Virus record (IMG/VR): IMGVR_UViG_3300004777_000001
Location: 1-52,736 of that record
Source of the DNA: a virus
Taxonomy: Duplodnaviria > Caudoviricetes
Reading direction: 5' to 3' (one strand)
DNA length: 52,736 nucleotides
The stretch's first letter is position 1. Each line of letters opens with the position of its first letter. A program made the position numbers and the translations under genes. The notes below the pieces were generated by a model. That model saw nothing but the letters and a program-made list of their open reading frames with translations. It ran no database searches and had not been told where the DNA came from. Below, one piece after another: positions 26,444 through 37,174 of this stretch.

Positions 26444-27966
26444 TCCTTCTTAAACACAGGCCGCTTAAACTTTCCCTCGTAGTTCAGACCCTCTATCTCT
26501 AGCAACGGCATCTTGCGCTCCTGAAGCCATTCACGGGCCAACTTGCAGTTGCGGAGATTTGAGGGATCACGATGGATGTTCTGTGGGTTTTCCCAACCAG
26601 AAGGATGTCTCTCATGGTAGATCACGCTATCAATTTCGCGACCCTTGGATAGCTTTATCAACTCACGCATGATCCTGTCCCAGCTATGCCGACCCAAAAT
26701 CATGTCGGGAAATAGATGGTTGTTTTTCCTCCACCATCCAGTAGTAAAAGCAAAGAGATCACACCCTGCATACTTATTACCTAAAGCTATATCTTCATCA
26801 GCAATTGGTTTCTCCAGATACTTGAAGTCATAGCGGTAGGCATAGGCTGGAAGAATCCCCTCTAGCTTCTCAATGAAGTTTGAAGCAACACAAGTGTCGC
26901 TGTTCGTCAACACAATCACATCTTTGTCATCACGTCCCATGCAAGCTAATCGAATCATCTCTTTGATCATGGGGATTCTCTTCGTCTCATCAGGAACCAT
27001 TTCAGCAGAAGTCCTGACAAAGCAGTTATCATCCAGACCACAATCTACCCACCCAACCTTATCCCAAGTTTGCTTGGCTACAGCATTGCGTCTCTTCTCA
27101 TCACCAGTTGCCCAAGGAGTTCTTTGGTAAACATGGACAACATCTGGATAAATAGGATCAGGAGCAGGATTCCTAATCAGATCCAGCATCCTAACCACAT
27201 CACGGGGGAAGTTCTTATAGCGTGTATAGGAAGCGTAAGAGGGCCTCCAAGGAGCACCAAACCACATTGTTGGTGTATCAGATATTAAGGCATGAGTCGG
27301 CTTTGATGAACCATAAGCCAAATGCAAAGGGCCACTATCAATAAGTATATTACAATGTGTATTGGGGTGATCTAAAATCCCTAATAGATCAAAGAATTTT
27401 TGCGCTTTGATTTTATTCAAATCAATAATGTGAAATTCAGGCAAACAATGATTTAATACTTCCCAAAGTAAATCTTTCCAAGGGAATGGTGAAGAGATTC
27501 CATCAGTTCCTACAACAATCCAAGGCAGCTTGGTAGGTATAGACTTGTATAGATTTTTCTCCCTTTTGGCATCACGCCTATCAAATACAAGCGGAGGTTG
27601 TTTGGGCCATAAGTTTAGTTTTCCACATAACCTAAGAATATCTTGACCAAAAGAGTCACAAATTACCTTTGGATGATAATCTTTCCCATAAACTTGGCTT
27701 ACAATAAAGTTACTATCTCCAACAACTTGTGTTGTTTTTGGTTCAAGAGAAAGGCTTTTTGCAAATTCTAAAGCTCCCTTGATATCATCAAAAGATCCAT
27801 CATATACAATCTTGTTTACATAGCTTGTTCCATCAATTATGTCTTGAAAGTCTTTGGAAATAATAAGATTAGGTTTTTCGCCAGTTTGATTGAACTCATC
27901 GTATAGCGCAGGCAATAGGCAACATACATCACCATATTTACCTAGATTAATATATGTGTTGCTCAT
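26440..27966 (-). CDS. two-domain glycosyltransferase (GT9-like N-terminus, GT-A-like C-terminus)
   Basis: LGKYGDVCCLLP and IDSGPLHLA (heptosyltransferase-like); LTNSDT DxD-like motif; YHERH. Confidence 0.7.
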   Translation of the reverse strand: MSNTYINLGKYGDVCCLLPALYDEFNQTGEKPNLIISKDFQDIIDGTSYVNKIVYDGSFDDIKGALEFAKSLSLEPKTTQVVGDSNFIVSQVYGKDYHPKVICDSFGQDILRLCGKLNLWPKQPPLVFDRRDAKREKNLYKSIPTKLPWIVVGTDGISSPFPWKDLLWEVLNHCLPEFHIIDLNKIKAQKFFDLLGILDHPNTHCNILIDSGPLHLAYGSSKPTHALISDTPTMWFGAPWRPSYASYTRYKNFPRDVVRMLDLIRNPAPDPIYPDVVHVYQRTPWATGDEKRRNAVAKQTWDKVGWVDCGLDDNCFVRTSAEMVPDETKRIPMIKEMIRLACMGRDDKDVIVLTNSDTCVASNFIEKLEGILPAYAYRYDFKYLEKPIADEDIALGNKYAGCDLFAFTTGWWRKNNHLFPDMILGRHSWDRIMRELIKLSKGREIDSVIYHERHPSGWENPQNIHRDPSNLRNCKLAREWLQERKMPLLEIEGLNYEGKFKRPVFKKD

Positions 27967-28606
27967 ATAATCTAGCTCTTTTGCCACAAGGAAGGAAATC
28001 AGACTTTTCTTGGTTTTCCTTAATCCATAGCGGTCTTAAATTTGTATAATGGTTTAATTTGATAACGTCTTCTTCTGTTTTTGCTAAAGAAATAGGAATT
28101 ATATGATCAATATGCCAAAGATGGCGATTGTCCCAATTCATGCCTTTCTGAAATTGAGATTCAATATGAGAAAAAAACTCTTCATACGAGCATCCAAGAA
28201 TTTGTTTTGATTTTGATGTTTTACCAAAACCTTTTCTTAGAAATGCTTTTCTTATTATTGAAGAAATTGATTGCCTTAATCGGAAAATTGGATCTATTGA
28301 AGTTCTGTTCCTTATGTAAGCGTTGTAAACAGTACGAATCTTATCTTTTCGTTTTCTTTTTGTGTTTTTATTGCTTTCTTTTACTCTTTCTGGATATTTT
28401 TCTCGATATTTTCTATTTTTCTCTCTTGATTTTTCTGGATTCTTTTTATCCCAAGAGTTTCTCTGAATTCTTTTTGCTTCAAACTTTTCGGGAGTCATCC
28501 ATCGCTCTCCATTTTTGCAACTTTTTTGATAACTCCAAAAAACCATACCATCCTCGCGGATGTCTCCGCATTTTAATCTTGGTGCAACATTTTTTGTATC
28601 CATCAT
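27947..28606 (-). CDS. HNH homing endonuclease (paralog of 20999..21559)
   Basis: LGCS..GMNWDN..WHIDHIIP..NHYTNLRPLW..EN. Confidence 0.85.
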   Translation of the reverse strand: MMDTKNVAPRLKCGDIREDGMVFWSYQKSCKNGERWMTPEKFEAKRIQRNSWDKKNPEKSREKNRKYREKYPERVKESNKNTKRKRKDKIRTVYNAYIRNRTSIDPIFRLRQSISSIIRKAFLRKGFGKTSKSKQILGCSYEEFFSHIESQFQKGMNWDNRHLWHIDHIIPISLAKTEEDVIKLNHYTNLRPLWIKENQEKSDFLPCGKRARLYEQHIY

Positions 28607-28669
28607 CTATGGATTTTTTATAAATCTTTCGTAGCTTTCTTGTATAAAGCCAACGATTGATAAACAAGA

Positions 28670-28870
28670 TCATTTGCCATTCGCCCTTACAAATTCAGCA
28701 TGGAAATTTGCGGCAAGGTTTGCGGCGTGTACGCACAATGTACGCACACGAACATCGCCGCCCTTTTCGGCTAGTTTTTCAGGAGACAATTCACCAGATG
28801 CGGCAAGCCCCTGAATGATGGCAGTCCAAGCAGACTCCCTTTGGAGATCAGATAATGCTTCCTTACTCAT
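28670..28870 (-). CDS. hypothetical protein
   Basis: MSKEALSDLQRESAW...; start overlaps the upstream stop. Confidence 0.5.
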   Translation of the reverse strand: MSKEALSDLQRESAWTAIIQGLAASGELSPEKLAEKGGDVRVRTLCVHAANLAANFHAEFVRANGK

Positions 28871-29201
28871 AGGATTTATGGAATCGCTTGCCGTTATCTT
28901 CGGTTGGCTTGGGGAGGGATTTGAGCGGCGGGAACTCTTTCTTCTCCGATACTTCCGCTTCGGCTTCTGTGGTTGCTGGTTCTCCTGTATCATAATTCAG
29001 GGGTTCAAGTGGGCCATACTTTTCCAAGTAACGACCAAGTTCGATGAAAAGATAGCGGCGGCTATCAAGAAGATAGGCACAAGCGGCCTTGAAAAACTCG
29101 GAGACGGGACGATTGTTTTCCTCACCATCTTTCTTGAGTTGTTCAAGAACAGGATCGGCTTCAATGTGAACCGCAAATGCGGCAGGGATTTTATACTTCA
29201 T
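28863..29201 (-). CDS. hypothetical protein, possibly RHH-like regulator
   Basis: AVHIEADPVLEQLKK....RPVSEFFKAAC. Confidence 0.5.
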   Translation of the reverse strand: MKYKIPAAFAVHIEADPVLEQLKKDGEENNRPVSEFFKAACAYLLDSRRYLFIELGRYLEKYGPLEPLNYDTGEPATTEAEAEVSEKKEFPPLKSLPKPTEDNGKRFHKSYE

Positions 29202-29255
29202 AGTGGTTGCTTGAGTCTCAACGATTGCAAAATCTGCAATAGTTGGCAAGTGGAT

Positions 29256-32200
29256 TTATTGTAATCCGCTAGAAGATGATCGTGATGTTGAACTTCTTTG
29301 CGGCCTTGATGGAAGAGTCTCTCGTAGTCCGGGGATTCCTTTATAAATGTTCTCCAATGATGTTCTTGGATACCTATAATTGGGTTCTCCTTGAGCATTG
29401 ACATCCCTTATCTTTGCAACATCTCTAACAGCACTTGGAACAAGTCCTTGATACAAATAACCAGCAAATGACTTTGGAGACTTTGCTATTTCAGTAACAG
29501 GGCCAGTTACAGGTGCTTCAGAAAATACTCCCTTCATGGCATCAAAAAACGCTTCAACACCAGCCATTCCAATATCTGTTTTAGAAGCATTCTTTCTGAA
29601 GTCTCTAGCCATTGTGTTTACAAATTGAGCGGCTTCAACTTCAGGAATGTGCAAACTAAATTGCTTTCCGTTGATGCGAACATCACCCCACTTGACATCA
29701 CCCTTCTTTCTTCCTTGCTCGTAATATCCACCAAACACTTTATCCTTATCATCTTTGAAGGCATCAATAGCCGCCCATGCCATCAATGCGGCAGGAATGG
29801 CTCCAACCTTAAATGCTTGAGTAATGTAATCCATTTCTTTTGGCGTAAGTGTATCAAGTCCTTTCCAATGAGCATTTAATGCAGATGCCATTCCTCTAGG
29901 CAGGCCAGTTCCTGCTTGCGCGGCTTGTTTCAAGTAATTCAATCCAATCTTATAAATCCCTTTTGTAATTGCTATTTTTATCCCGTGAGATGCCGCTGAA
30001 GTGTATGGATTTATCCTGCCTTCCTTGTCGGGAGATTCAGCCCATCTGTGAAGATTGTTAATTGCTTCGGCAATCTTATTATCCTCCTGTAGCTTCTCTG
30101 ACTTGGAAGCAATATATGCTTTCAAATTTAATGCCGCCATTGCCATCTGATTTTTTGGATCGGTTGGATTTTTTGGATCAATCAACCCATCAGCAATTGC
30201 ATTGGCATAAAGATGTTCACGATAAAGTTCCTCTTTTGCAGTAGATGGTATATTTTTAATAGCGGCGTGAAGATTGCTTCCAACCCATCTAAACCAATTG
30301 GTATTATTCTGCTTCTTTTTGTCGTAAAGAAGTTCTGAATCACTATGACCTGATTTCAAAACGCGCATGAATTGCTTCATGGCTTTCCAATATCCGCGAT
30401 AGTATGCAGGAATTGTCTTTAATGGGCTTGCTCCCGATTCGTATTCACCACGAACCTTTCCAAGACCAAGAAGGTTTCTAGCCGCATATCCAGCAACTTC
30501 TCCAATAGGAGTTGTGATGGGCTTCGCTATCGCATATTTCCCGATCTTGTAAAGCACGTTGATGCCAGCAACAGTTATCTCTCTTGCTGTTTCACTAGTT
30601 GTTCTCAATGCCTTTTCCCAAATAGGACGCTCTGCCTTTTCTTTTTCCTCGCGCCACAGATCGGCTTCGCGGCGTTTATCAGCCAGCTTTTTCTCTAGCA
30701 ATTCAGTTTCGGGAGTCTTTTTATATGAAGGCTTCTTTTCCTTTTTGGAGTAATCGCCACGCCTCATCCGATATTCAATATCAGCAATATCTTGCTTAAT
30801 TTTTGCTTGTCGGCGTTCGTTGTATTTCTCTTCGGGAGATTTTGAAGGCTCCGCAATAACCTTTTTATATTGCTTTCTAGCCTTCTTTAGATCCTCTTTA
30901 AGTAATCTTGCGTATTCAGTAAGAGGTTGTTTTTTTGGAGTAGGAGCAACTTTTTCTCCGCTTGCGATAAGATCATTTACCTCATCAATTGATTTTTGAA
31001 TACGATCAATTTCAGCCTGCGCCTCACGCCTCTGTTTATCAACATCTTCAGCGTCAGCTTTTTCTTTTGCGGCCTTTCTTTCGGCGGCTTCTACCTCACG
31101 CAACTTCTGTTGCATGGCATCACGCAATGAAGTAAGCCTTTCTCCTTCTGCATCAAGAGGAACAGGCTGTCCCTTTTCAACCTTCTTTGCTTTACCTTGA
31201 AGTTGAGCATCAAGATCCTCAATGCGATTACGCAACGCATTCTTCTTGGCTTCAAGTCGTGAAGTTAGTTGTTCTTGTGTAGGCTCAACCTTAACTTGTT
31301 TAAGCAAGTTATTTAGAATAGCAGTCTTTTCTCTGATTGCTTGGTTGGCTCTGTCTCTTTGTAGCCCTGTACGCAATGCTGGTAAGCCTTGCTTGAGTCG
31401 ATCAATTGATTCCTGAAGTCGAACCAATATCCTTAATTGCCTCAAATGAACTTTATCTTCTTCTGCGCTAGGGAATTTTGCTTTGCCATATTCAGAGAAC
31501 GCCCTGCGAACATCGCGCTCTGTTGCATCAGGATATGCTTCTTTAATATCATCATGCACAGCCTTCATTACATTGTCCTCTCCCCTAACTCCCTCAAGGA
31601 TATGCGCTCTTGCTAAATCATAAACAGTTTTATGAGACAATTCTTCTCCAGCTTCGGCTTCAGCTTTTGCGCGATTGATTATATCATCTTTAGTAACTTC
31701 TCCTTTAGCAACCTTTGATACTTTATTCTTTATTGTATCCGATGCTTTTTCAGTAACCCTGCTTGTTGCATTCTTAAAATTCTCAAGAGATTTATTCCAA
31801 ATCTGCTTGATGTAAGGAATAATCCCATCGCCAAATTCTGACTTCATTTCAGCAGTCCACCTAGCGAGATTGGATGCTCCTTTGGCGATCTTTTCAGCAC
31901 CAATAATTGCGGCATCTGCAATATCTGCCAAACGCTCTGGATCAATACCCGTGAATAACCTTCCTCCACGCTCTTTCCTTCTTTGAGCAATTCTCTCTCT
32001 AGCCGCATCTGCTGGAGATTTAAGAGCATTTGCTACCTTGTTAAGAATACTCTGAACAGCAGGATCAGGCTTCGCTTGTTCTTTAAGCTCTGCAATTTGC
32101 CTTTCATAAGCATCTTTAACAGATTCGTTCAGATCTTTCTCTTCAGCCTGACCCTGTTTTTGATTCAACTTGTCCTGAAGGTCTTTGATTTCCTTTGCCT

Positions 32201-35200
32201 GACGAGCAATTGTTTCCTTTTCTTCTGGAGTAAGATCACGGCGCAAATCACGAACTGCTTTTCTCTCAAGAGCAACTGGAGAATAGTCTTCAGCCAGCAT
32301 GATCTTAAACATTTGCAAAAGCCTACCAGCACTCGTTCCAATTTTATCTACAGCCCTTTCAAGTCTATCTATCTTATCATCAATAGGCTTTAGCTCTTGA
32401 TTAAGCACAGAATAATCTGAAGGACGCTTTTCTGTCTGATCAAAGTTATTTTGAATCCGCTCCCGCTCAAGTTGAAGTCGATTCATTTCCACATTCAACA
32501 ATGCTACTTCTTCAGGAGTTGCAATTGTTTTCCCGCCATCAATAATTTCGTGAATCAATCCTTCAACAATGTTGGGATTTTTATTCTTTTCCAAAGCATC
32601 GCTTATTTTGGCGGCATTAGATTCTCTTTCTGATTCAGGAAGATTATCAAGCATCCTTGCGAGACGCTGGTTTTCAACAGATTCTTTGCTAATTCCAATA
32701 GGAGTTCTTTGTGGGAACATTTCTCCTTGCGTAGCCGCAACGCCAGCATATGGAGCAGGAGATTTAGGCTTTCCTGTTGCGGATGCGTATAGATCAGATG
32801 CCTCGCGTGAGGTAATCCCGGGGAATTTCTTTGCTAGGGCATTGGTAAGCGTAGCTTCATCAGGAGGATTTCCTCCCCTTGATTTAGTCAAAGCATCATA
32901 TGCCCTCTTTGCGTATGTCTCACGCTCTGTAGGTGCTTTTGGCTTAAATCTTTCTTCTCCTCCAAGATCAATTGATCCACGCTCGGCTCCACGCTCTAGG
33001 AAACGCCCCCCGCCAGTAGAGATGGCATTGTAGATCCTACGCAGGAATCCACGGACTCCTTCGCCAAGACGCTTGACCATCTCGCCAGACCAATCTCGGA
33101 ATGACATTCCAGCTTTGTAGATAGCCTCGCCAAATTTAGCGGCGGCATTCTTTACAGCATCAGGGAACTCAATAAATCCACCCTCGCTACGCCTTTTGTC
33201 ATTAAACCAGCGTTCAAGATCCTCCTGCATTTCTCCAGCATACTTTTCTGGATCAGTCTTTTGGAGTTTTTCTAGTTTAGAAGCCCTTTCCTCTAAAGCT
33301 TTTTCTGTAGCATCTTTCTTGGATTCTTCCTTTTCTAGCTTGGAAGCAGATTTGGAAGCATTATCAATTTCCTTCCAAAGATCCTCAACAGTTGAGTCTG
33401 CCTTCATTATGCCCTCGTCAACCATTTGTTGATGACGCTTATCAAGAGTCTGACCATCCTCTCGATAAATTTGCATAGCGTGTCCTTTATTAATGTCTGG
33501 AGGTGTATCGTATTCACCACCTCCTTTAGTAAACTCGCCTGATTTTATCTTTTTAAGATAAGTTGATCTCGATAAAATGGGATTCTCTTTAAGATATTTG
33601 ATAATTGGGTTCCGAATACCAAAGTAACCACCCTCAGTTTCACGCTTTCCAACCTTTCCTGTAGGCAATCCGCGATCACTTGGTTTGACCCCCTGCTCAT
33701 GCATGTCGGCCTCAAAAGCCAAAGCATCCATCAGTTTTGTTGCGGCTTCGCTGGGATTAACCCCTTGTCCAACTTCTTCGCGGAACTTGGAAACAGCATC
33801 AAGCAGGAATTGGTTATCCTGCTCCTTGGCTGTTTTCTCTGCTGAATCTACCAGTTGAGAGTGATCTCCATTTTCGTAATAGCTATCCCTAATGGCATCA
33901 TAGGGATTAGCTGGTGCTACTTCTTCTTTCGGGGCTTCACCTTTTCCGGCAGGGACTTCTGCTTTGTTTTCTGTGCCCACTCCTTCGCCCACGGCTGGTG
34001 CGTTGCGAACGCCCACTTCTCTTGCACCTTGCTTCTGAACGGACTCATATGTTTTTTCGGTTGGTTGTTTTGGTTCTCTCCTCATGGAACCATTTTCTTG
34101 CTCCACAAATCCATTTCTTGAATACCAATCTTTTAATTGCTTATTTGTAAGTCCTTCAGATGTAAATCTTTCAGGGTCAAGAACAAGAGGAACCTCTTCT
34201 TGATCTGCTAATCTTATAATTAAATTTAGAGCATCCCTTCCAGCACCCGTCCCTCTTTCAAATGCTCTAATGGAATGTATTCTTGCTACACCACCTGAAT
34301 CTTCTACATCAATAGCGGCGTTGCGATTTACAATTCTTTCTCTTGGATCAAGCTGGTTCTCTTCTGTTTCTTTTTCAATAGAATCAATAAGTCTTGATCC
34401 AGCTTCGGTATCACCTTTTCCAAATCCAGTTAATTTAACAACTTTAGGTTGTGCTTCAGCAGGGGCTTCAGCGGGTTTGTTTAGAGCATCAATCTTTTCC
34501 TGAATTGCATTATATTCAGGAGATCCCTCATCATGCTCCAACTGATCTAGGTGAAGCTGATCAATCTGTGCTTGGACATCAACAGGAGCGGCGGGAGTCT
34601 CAACAGCAGGAGCAGGAGCTTCTTCTGCTGGTTTGGTGACTTCCAGAGTAGGCGACTGATTGTCTGCCATCTGGGTAATCTGCGCCTCTCGCTGATTGAC
34701 GACAGGATTAGCGGATGGAGCAAGTGTTTGCTCTGGCCCTGCCCATGTTTGATCATATTTACCTTTAGCTTCAGGTGCATGAAGGACACCAAAAGCACCA
34801 GTCATCAATCCCATTGGTATAGCCTGAACAGCCATTTCCTTAAATGTGCTGGGAACATATGGCTGACCATTCACCCATGAATTAACTTGTTTCTGCGCCT
34901 CACCAACAGGGATTCCTGTTAAGTATCCATAAGCACCTTGCTCTAAGAAACGATACAGCGGATTTGCAATCTTGCTTTGAATCGAAAGAGGAACGGCACC
35001 CATAACGGCAGTTGTAGTTGCCATTGCCATTCCTTTTGCTGTTTGGGTAATTTGATCATCTCCCTTTGCGGCAGATTGCTTAACAGCATCCATTCCAGAT
35101 TCAGCCGCAGGAATAGTCATTGATTGGATGCCTTGCGTTATACGAGGCAACAATGGCTTGACTGCTTGGAATGCTTCATTAGCGGCGGCTTCTTCAGCAC

Positions 35201-36239
35201 CAATCCCTCCTGTCATCATCATATATGGCAATGTTCCAGCCATTTCTGCTGTTGAGTAAACAGCTTCACCAAGCGGAGGAAGTTTTTCAGTCGGCTTGAT
35301 TTGAGCGGCTTCAACACCCGGCTGACCAAGACCAACAGAATGAACCGCTTTCATGTAGCGATTGTAAATATCACTATTTACGCCAAAGGCTTGAAGCGTT
35401 TTGTCTTCCAAATAAGGAAAGATTCCAAGCCCTTGTGCCATCAATTCATTGGCTTTAGCGGCGGCTCCAGTAAGCCCTCTACCAGCCAGTTCTAAATATC
35501 CAACATCAGGCTTCTGTTCATAGCCAACTCCCATATCTCCAAATGTTTGAGGTTGACCAGTAGGTGTAGCGGCTGTTCCAAAACTAGATGGTGCTGGTTG
35601 AGAAGGAATTAGATCAGCGAAAGGATTGCTTGGCTCTGCTTTAGATGCGGCTGACTGAAATGCGCCACCAGTAGATTGTGGCTGTTCATTCTGTGGAATC
35701 AAATCAGCAAACGGATTCTCCATCTGTTGCTGTTGAGGTTGTGATCCTTGCTGGATCTTTCCAAGGGACGTATATGCACCCTCTCCTTCAGGAACCTTTC
35801 CAAAGTTCTTCAGCAATTCACCCACTCCTCCAGCGGTCTTTGGAATCTCATTGGCAGGAACCTTTCCCACAGGAACTAGATTTCTTTGACCAGAAAATCC
35901 CGTGTATTGAGATGGGGGCGTATAAATATCAATGACATTAGGATTTGCATTCCCATGTTTGTCTCCAGCAACAAATGCCTCACCAGTATCGGCATCCTTA
36001 AAGATAGTCCCAATGGGGTAAACAGATGGATTAACCGCAACTATTCCGGGTGCAAGCTCATTATCCGATGATCCAATTCCTTGAGCGGTTCCAGAATCAT
36101 ACGCCTCATCAGCACCACCAACAGCGGCAGGAATGCTGTATGTAGTAACAGGCGTAGGATTAGCTACAGGGAGATTTATTACACCGCCCTGTTCTGACCC
36201 TCTTTGGGGAATAAGGTCGGCAAACGGATTGTCTCCCAT
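29256..36239 (-). CDS. large internal virion/ejection polyvalent protein with 3D and GNAT-like domains
   Basis: 2327 aa; last of three ejection-type genes; 3D motifs (TTYS..TAQG..IVAVNPSVYPIGT..AGDKHG..IDIY); GNAT-like RGTGAG..LKDWYSRNGF; long coiled coils. Confidence 0.75.
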   Translation of the reverse strand: MGDNPFADLIPQRGSEQGGVINLPVANPTPVTTYSIPAAVGGADEAYDSGTAQGIGSSDNELAPGIVAVNPSVYPIGTIFKDADTGEAFVAGDKHGNANPNVIDIYTPPSQYTGFSGQRNLVPVGKVPANEIPKTAGGVGELLKNFGKVPEGEGAYTSLGKIQQGSQPQQQQMENPFADLIPQNEQPQSTGGAFQSAASKAEPSNPFADLIPSQPAPSSFGTAATPTGQPQTFGDMGVGYEQKPDVGYLELAGRGLTGAAAKANELMAQGLGIFPYLEDKTLQAFGVNSDIYNRYMKAVHSVGLGQPGVEAAQIKPTEKLPPLGEAVYSTAEMAGTLPYMMMTGGIGAEEAAANEAFQAVKPLLPRITQGIQSMTIPAAESGMDAVKQSAAKGDDQITQTAKGMAMATTTAVMGAVPLSIQSKIANPLYRFLEQGAYGYLTGIPVGEAQKQVNSWVNGQPYVPSTFKEMAVQAIPMGLMTGAFGVLHAPEAKGKYDQTWAGPEQTLAPSANPVVNQREAQITQMADNQSPTLEVTKPAEEAPAPAVETPAAPVDVQAQIDQLHLDQLEHDEGSPEYNAIQEKIDALNKPAEAPAEAQPKVVKLTGFGKGDTEAGSRLIDSIEKETEENQLDPRERIVNRNAAIDVEDSGGVARIHSIRAFERGTGAGRDALNLIIRLADQEEVPLVLDPERFTSEGLTNKQLKDWYSRNGFVEQENGSMRREPKQPTEKTYESVQKQGAREVGVRNAPAVGEGVGTENKAEVPAGKGEAPKEEVAPANPYDAIRDSYYENGDHSQLVDSAEKTAKEQDNQFLLDAVSKFREEVGQGVNPSEAATKLMDALAFEADMHEQGVKPSDRGLPTGKVGKRETEGGYFGIRNPIIKYLKENPILSRSTYLKKIKSGEFTKGGGEYDTPPDINKGHAMQIYREDGQTLDKRHQQMVDEGIMKADSTVEDLWKEIDNASKSASKLEKEESKKDATEKALEERASKLEKLQKTDPEKYAGEMQEDLERWFNDKRRSEGGFIEFPDAVKNAAAKFGEAIYKAGMSFRDWSGEMVKRLGEGVRGFLRRIYNAISTGGGRFLERGAERGSIDLGGEERFKPKAPTERETYAKRAYDALTKSRGGNPPDEATLTNALAKKFPGITSREASDLYASATGKPKSPAPYAGVAATQGEMFPQRTPIGISKESVENQRLARMLDNLPESERESNAAKISDALEKNKNPNIVEGLIHEIIDGGKTIATPEEVALLNVEMNRLQLERERIQNNFDQTEKRPSDYSVLNQELKPIDDKIDRLERAVDKIGTSAGRLLQMFKIMLAEDYSPVALERKAVRDLRRDLTPEEKETIARQAKEIKDLQDKLNQKQGQAEEKDLNESVKDAYERQIAELKEQAKPDPAVQSILNKVANALKSPADAARERIAQRRKERGGRLFTGIDPERLADIADAAIIGAEKIAKGASNLARWTAEMKSEFGDGIIPYIKQIWNKSLENFKNATSRVTEKASDTIKNKVSKVAKGEVTKDDIINRAKAEAEAGEELSHKTVYDLARAHILEGVRGEDNVMKAVHDDIKEAYPDATERDVRRAFSEYGKAKFPSAEEDKVHLRQLRILVRLQESIDRLKQGLPALRTGLQRDRANQAIREKTAILNNLLKQVKVEPTQEQLTSRLEAKKNALRNRIEDLDAQLQGKAKKVEKGQPVPLDAEGERLTSLRDAMQQKLREVEAAERKAAKEKADAEDVDKQRREAQAEIDRIQKSIDEVNDLIASGEKVAPTPKKQPLTEYARLLKEDLKKARKQYKKVIAEPSKSPEEKYNERRQAKIKQDIADIEYRMRRGDYSKKEKKPSYKKTPETELLEKKLADKRREADLWREEKEKAERPIWEKALRTTSETAREITVAGINVLYKIGKYAIAKPITTPIGEVAGYAARNLLGLGKVRGEYESGASPLKTIPAYYRGYWKAMKQFMRVLKSGHSDSELLYDKKKQNNTNWFRWVGSNLHAAIKNIPSTAKEELYREHLYANAIADGLIDPKNPTDPKNQMAMAALNLKAYIASKSEKLQEDNKIAEAINNLHRWAESPDKEGRINPYTSAASHGIKIAITKGIYKIGLNYLKQAAQAGTGLPRGMASALNAHWKGLDTLTPKEMDYITQAFKVGAIPAALMAWAAIDAFKDDKDKVFGGYYEQGRKKGDVKWGDVRINGKQFSLHIPEVEAAQFVNTMARDFRKNASKTDIGMAGVEAFFDAMKGVFSEAPVTGPVTEIAKSPKSFAGYLYQGLVPSAVRDVAKIRDVNAQGEPNYRYPRTSLENIYKGIPGLRETLPSRPQRSSTSRSSSSGLQ

Positions 36240-36241
36240 AA

Positions 36242-37171
36242 TTATGCTACTTGTTCAGCTTCTTGATCTTCGGTTTGGTCTTCTGTATCTGGTTCGACAA
36301 CTTCGGGTTCTTCTGCTTGTGCAACATTTCCTTGCATTGCTCCAGATGCGGCTGGAATCATACCACCAGCAGGAGTAGCAGATCCAGTATTAAATGTAGG
36401 ATTGATCTGAAGCCCAGCAGGAAGCTGAACAGGAGCTTGTTTTGTAGGAGCGGCGGCAGGAGTGGTTATTGTGGGAGCAGATGCTTTAGAAGCAGGAATT
36501 TGAAGAGCCTTGTATTTCTCAAGGACTTTTGCTGGATCAGCACCAGCGGCAATTGCCTGTTTAGCCATCAAAACATTTTCAAAATTAGGATCAGTTATCC
36601 CCGAATCCTGCTTCATTGCCTGATATTTATTCAAAGCAGATGCAAGTTGAGTAGTTCCAGAATTGTCTTTTCCAGAAAGGAAGTCATTAACATTATCCCT
36701 GTTATTATCCCAAATAGTATTTAGATCCTTGCGGTATCTGTAGGTATTTTGAGCCTGCTGTCCACCTGTCATCGGGCGAACACCACCACCTAAAGTTCCT
36801 TGAGCTTTAAGATTAGCCCTATACAAAGCCCCCTGTTGAGCCGCAAGAGTCCTCAATCCATGTTGAGTTTGGACATTCGCCATGTTCGCAATATTCACGG
36901 CATGATTCGCCATAGGAGCAAGCAATGGATTCTGTGAAGCAACCATGCTTGCGTTATACACATCAGAAAGACCAGCAGAATCACCTGAAGAAATCTTCTG
37001 CATTCCTGCCTGATACTGCTGTTGCAACATAGGCAACATAGCCTGTGCAGACTGCGTAGCCGCATGAGTCTCAATAGCATTGCCAATCTGCTGACCAAGG
37101 CCAACAAGCGAATTAACAACCTGCTGATTGCCAGCCTGTATGTTCCCGAAATTTGCGTATCCGATTGGCAT
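36242..37171 (-). CDS. internal virion/ejection protein
   Basis: A/Q/G-rich, 309 aa; position after tail genes. Confidence 0.6.
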   Translation of the reverse strand: MPIGYANFGNIQAGNQQVVNSLVGLGQQIGNAIETHAATQSAQAMLPMLQQQYQAGMQKISSGDSAGLSDVYNASMVASQNPLLAPMANHAVNIANMANVQTQHGLRTLAAQQGALYRANLKAQGTLGGGVRPMTGGQQAQNTYRYRKDLNTIWDNNRDNVNDFLSGKDNSGTTQLASALNKYQAMKQDSGITDPNFENVLMAKQAIAAGADPAKVLEKYKALQIPASKASAPTITTPAAAPTKQAPVQLPAGLQINPTFNTGSATPAGGMIPAASGAMQGNVAQAEEPEVVEPDTEDQTEDQEAEQVA

Positions 37172-37174
37172 ATA

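Noticed and set aside
28670-28993. 130-nt dual-coding overlap of ORFs 28670..28993 and 28863..29249
   Set aside because: A downstream ATG at 28870 gives an ordinary short overlap.
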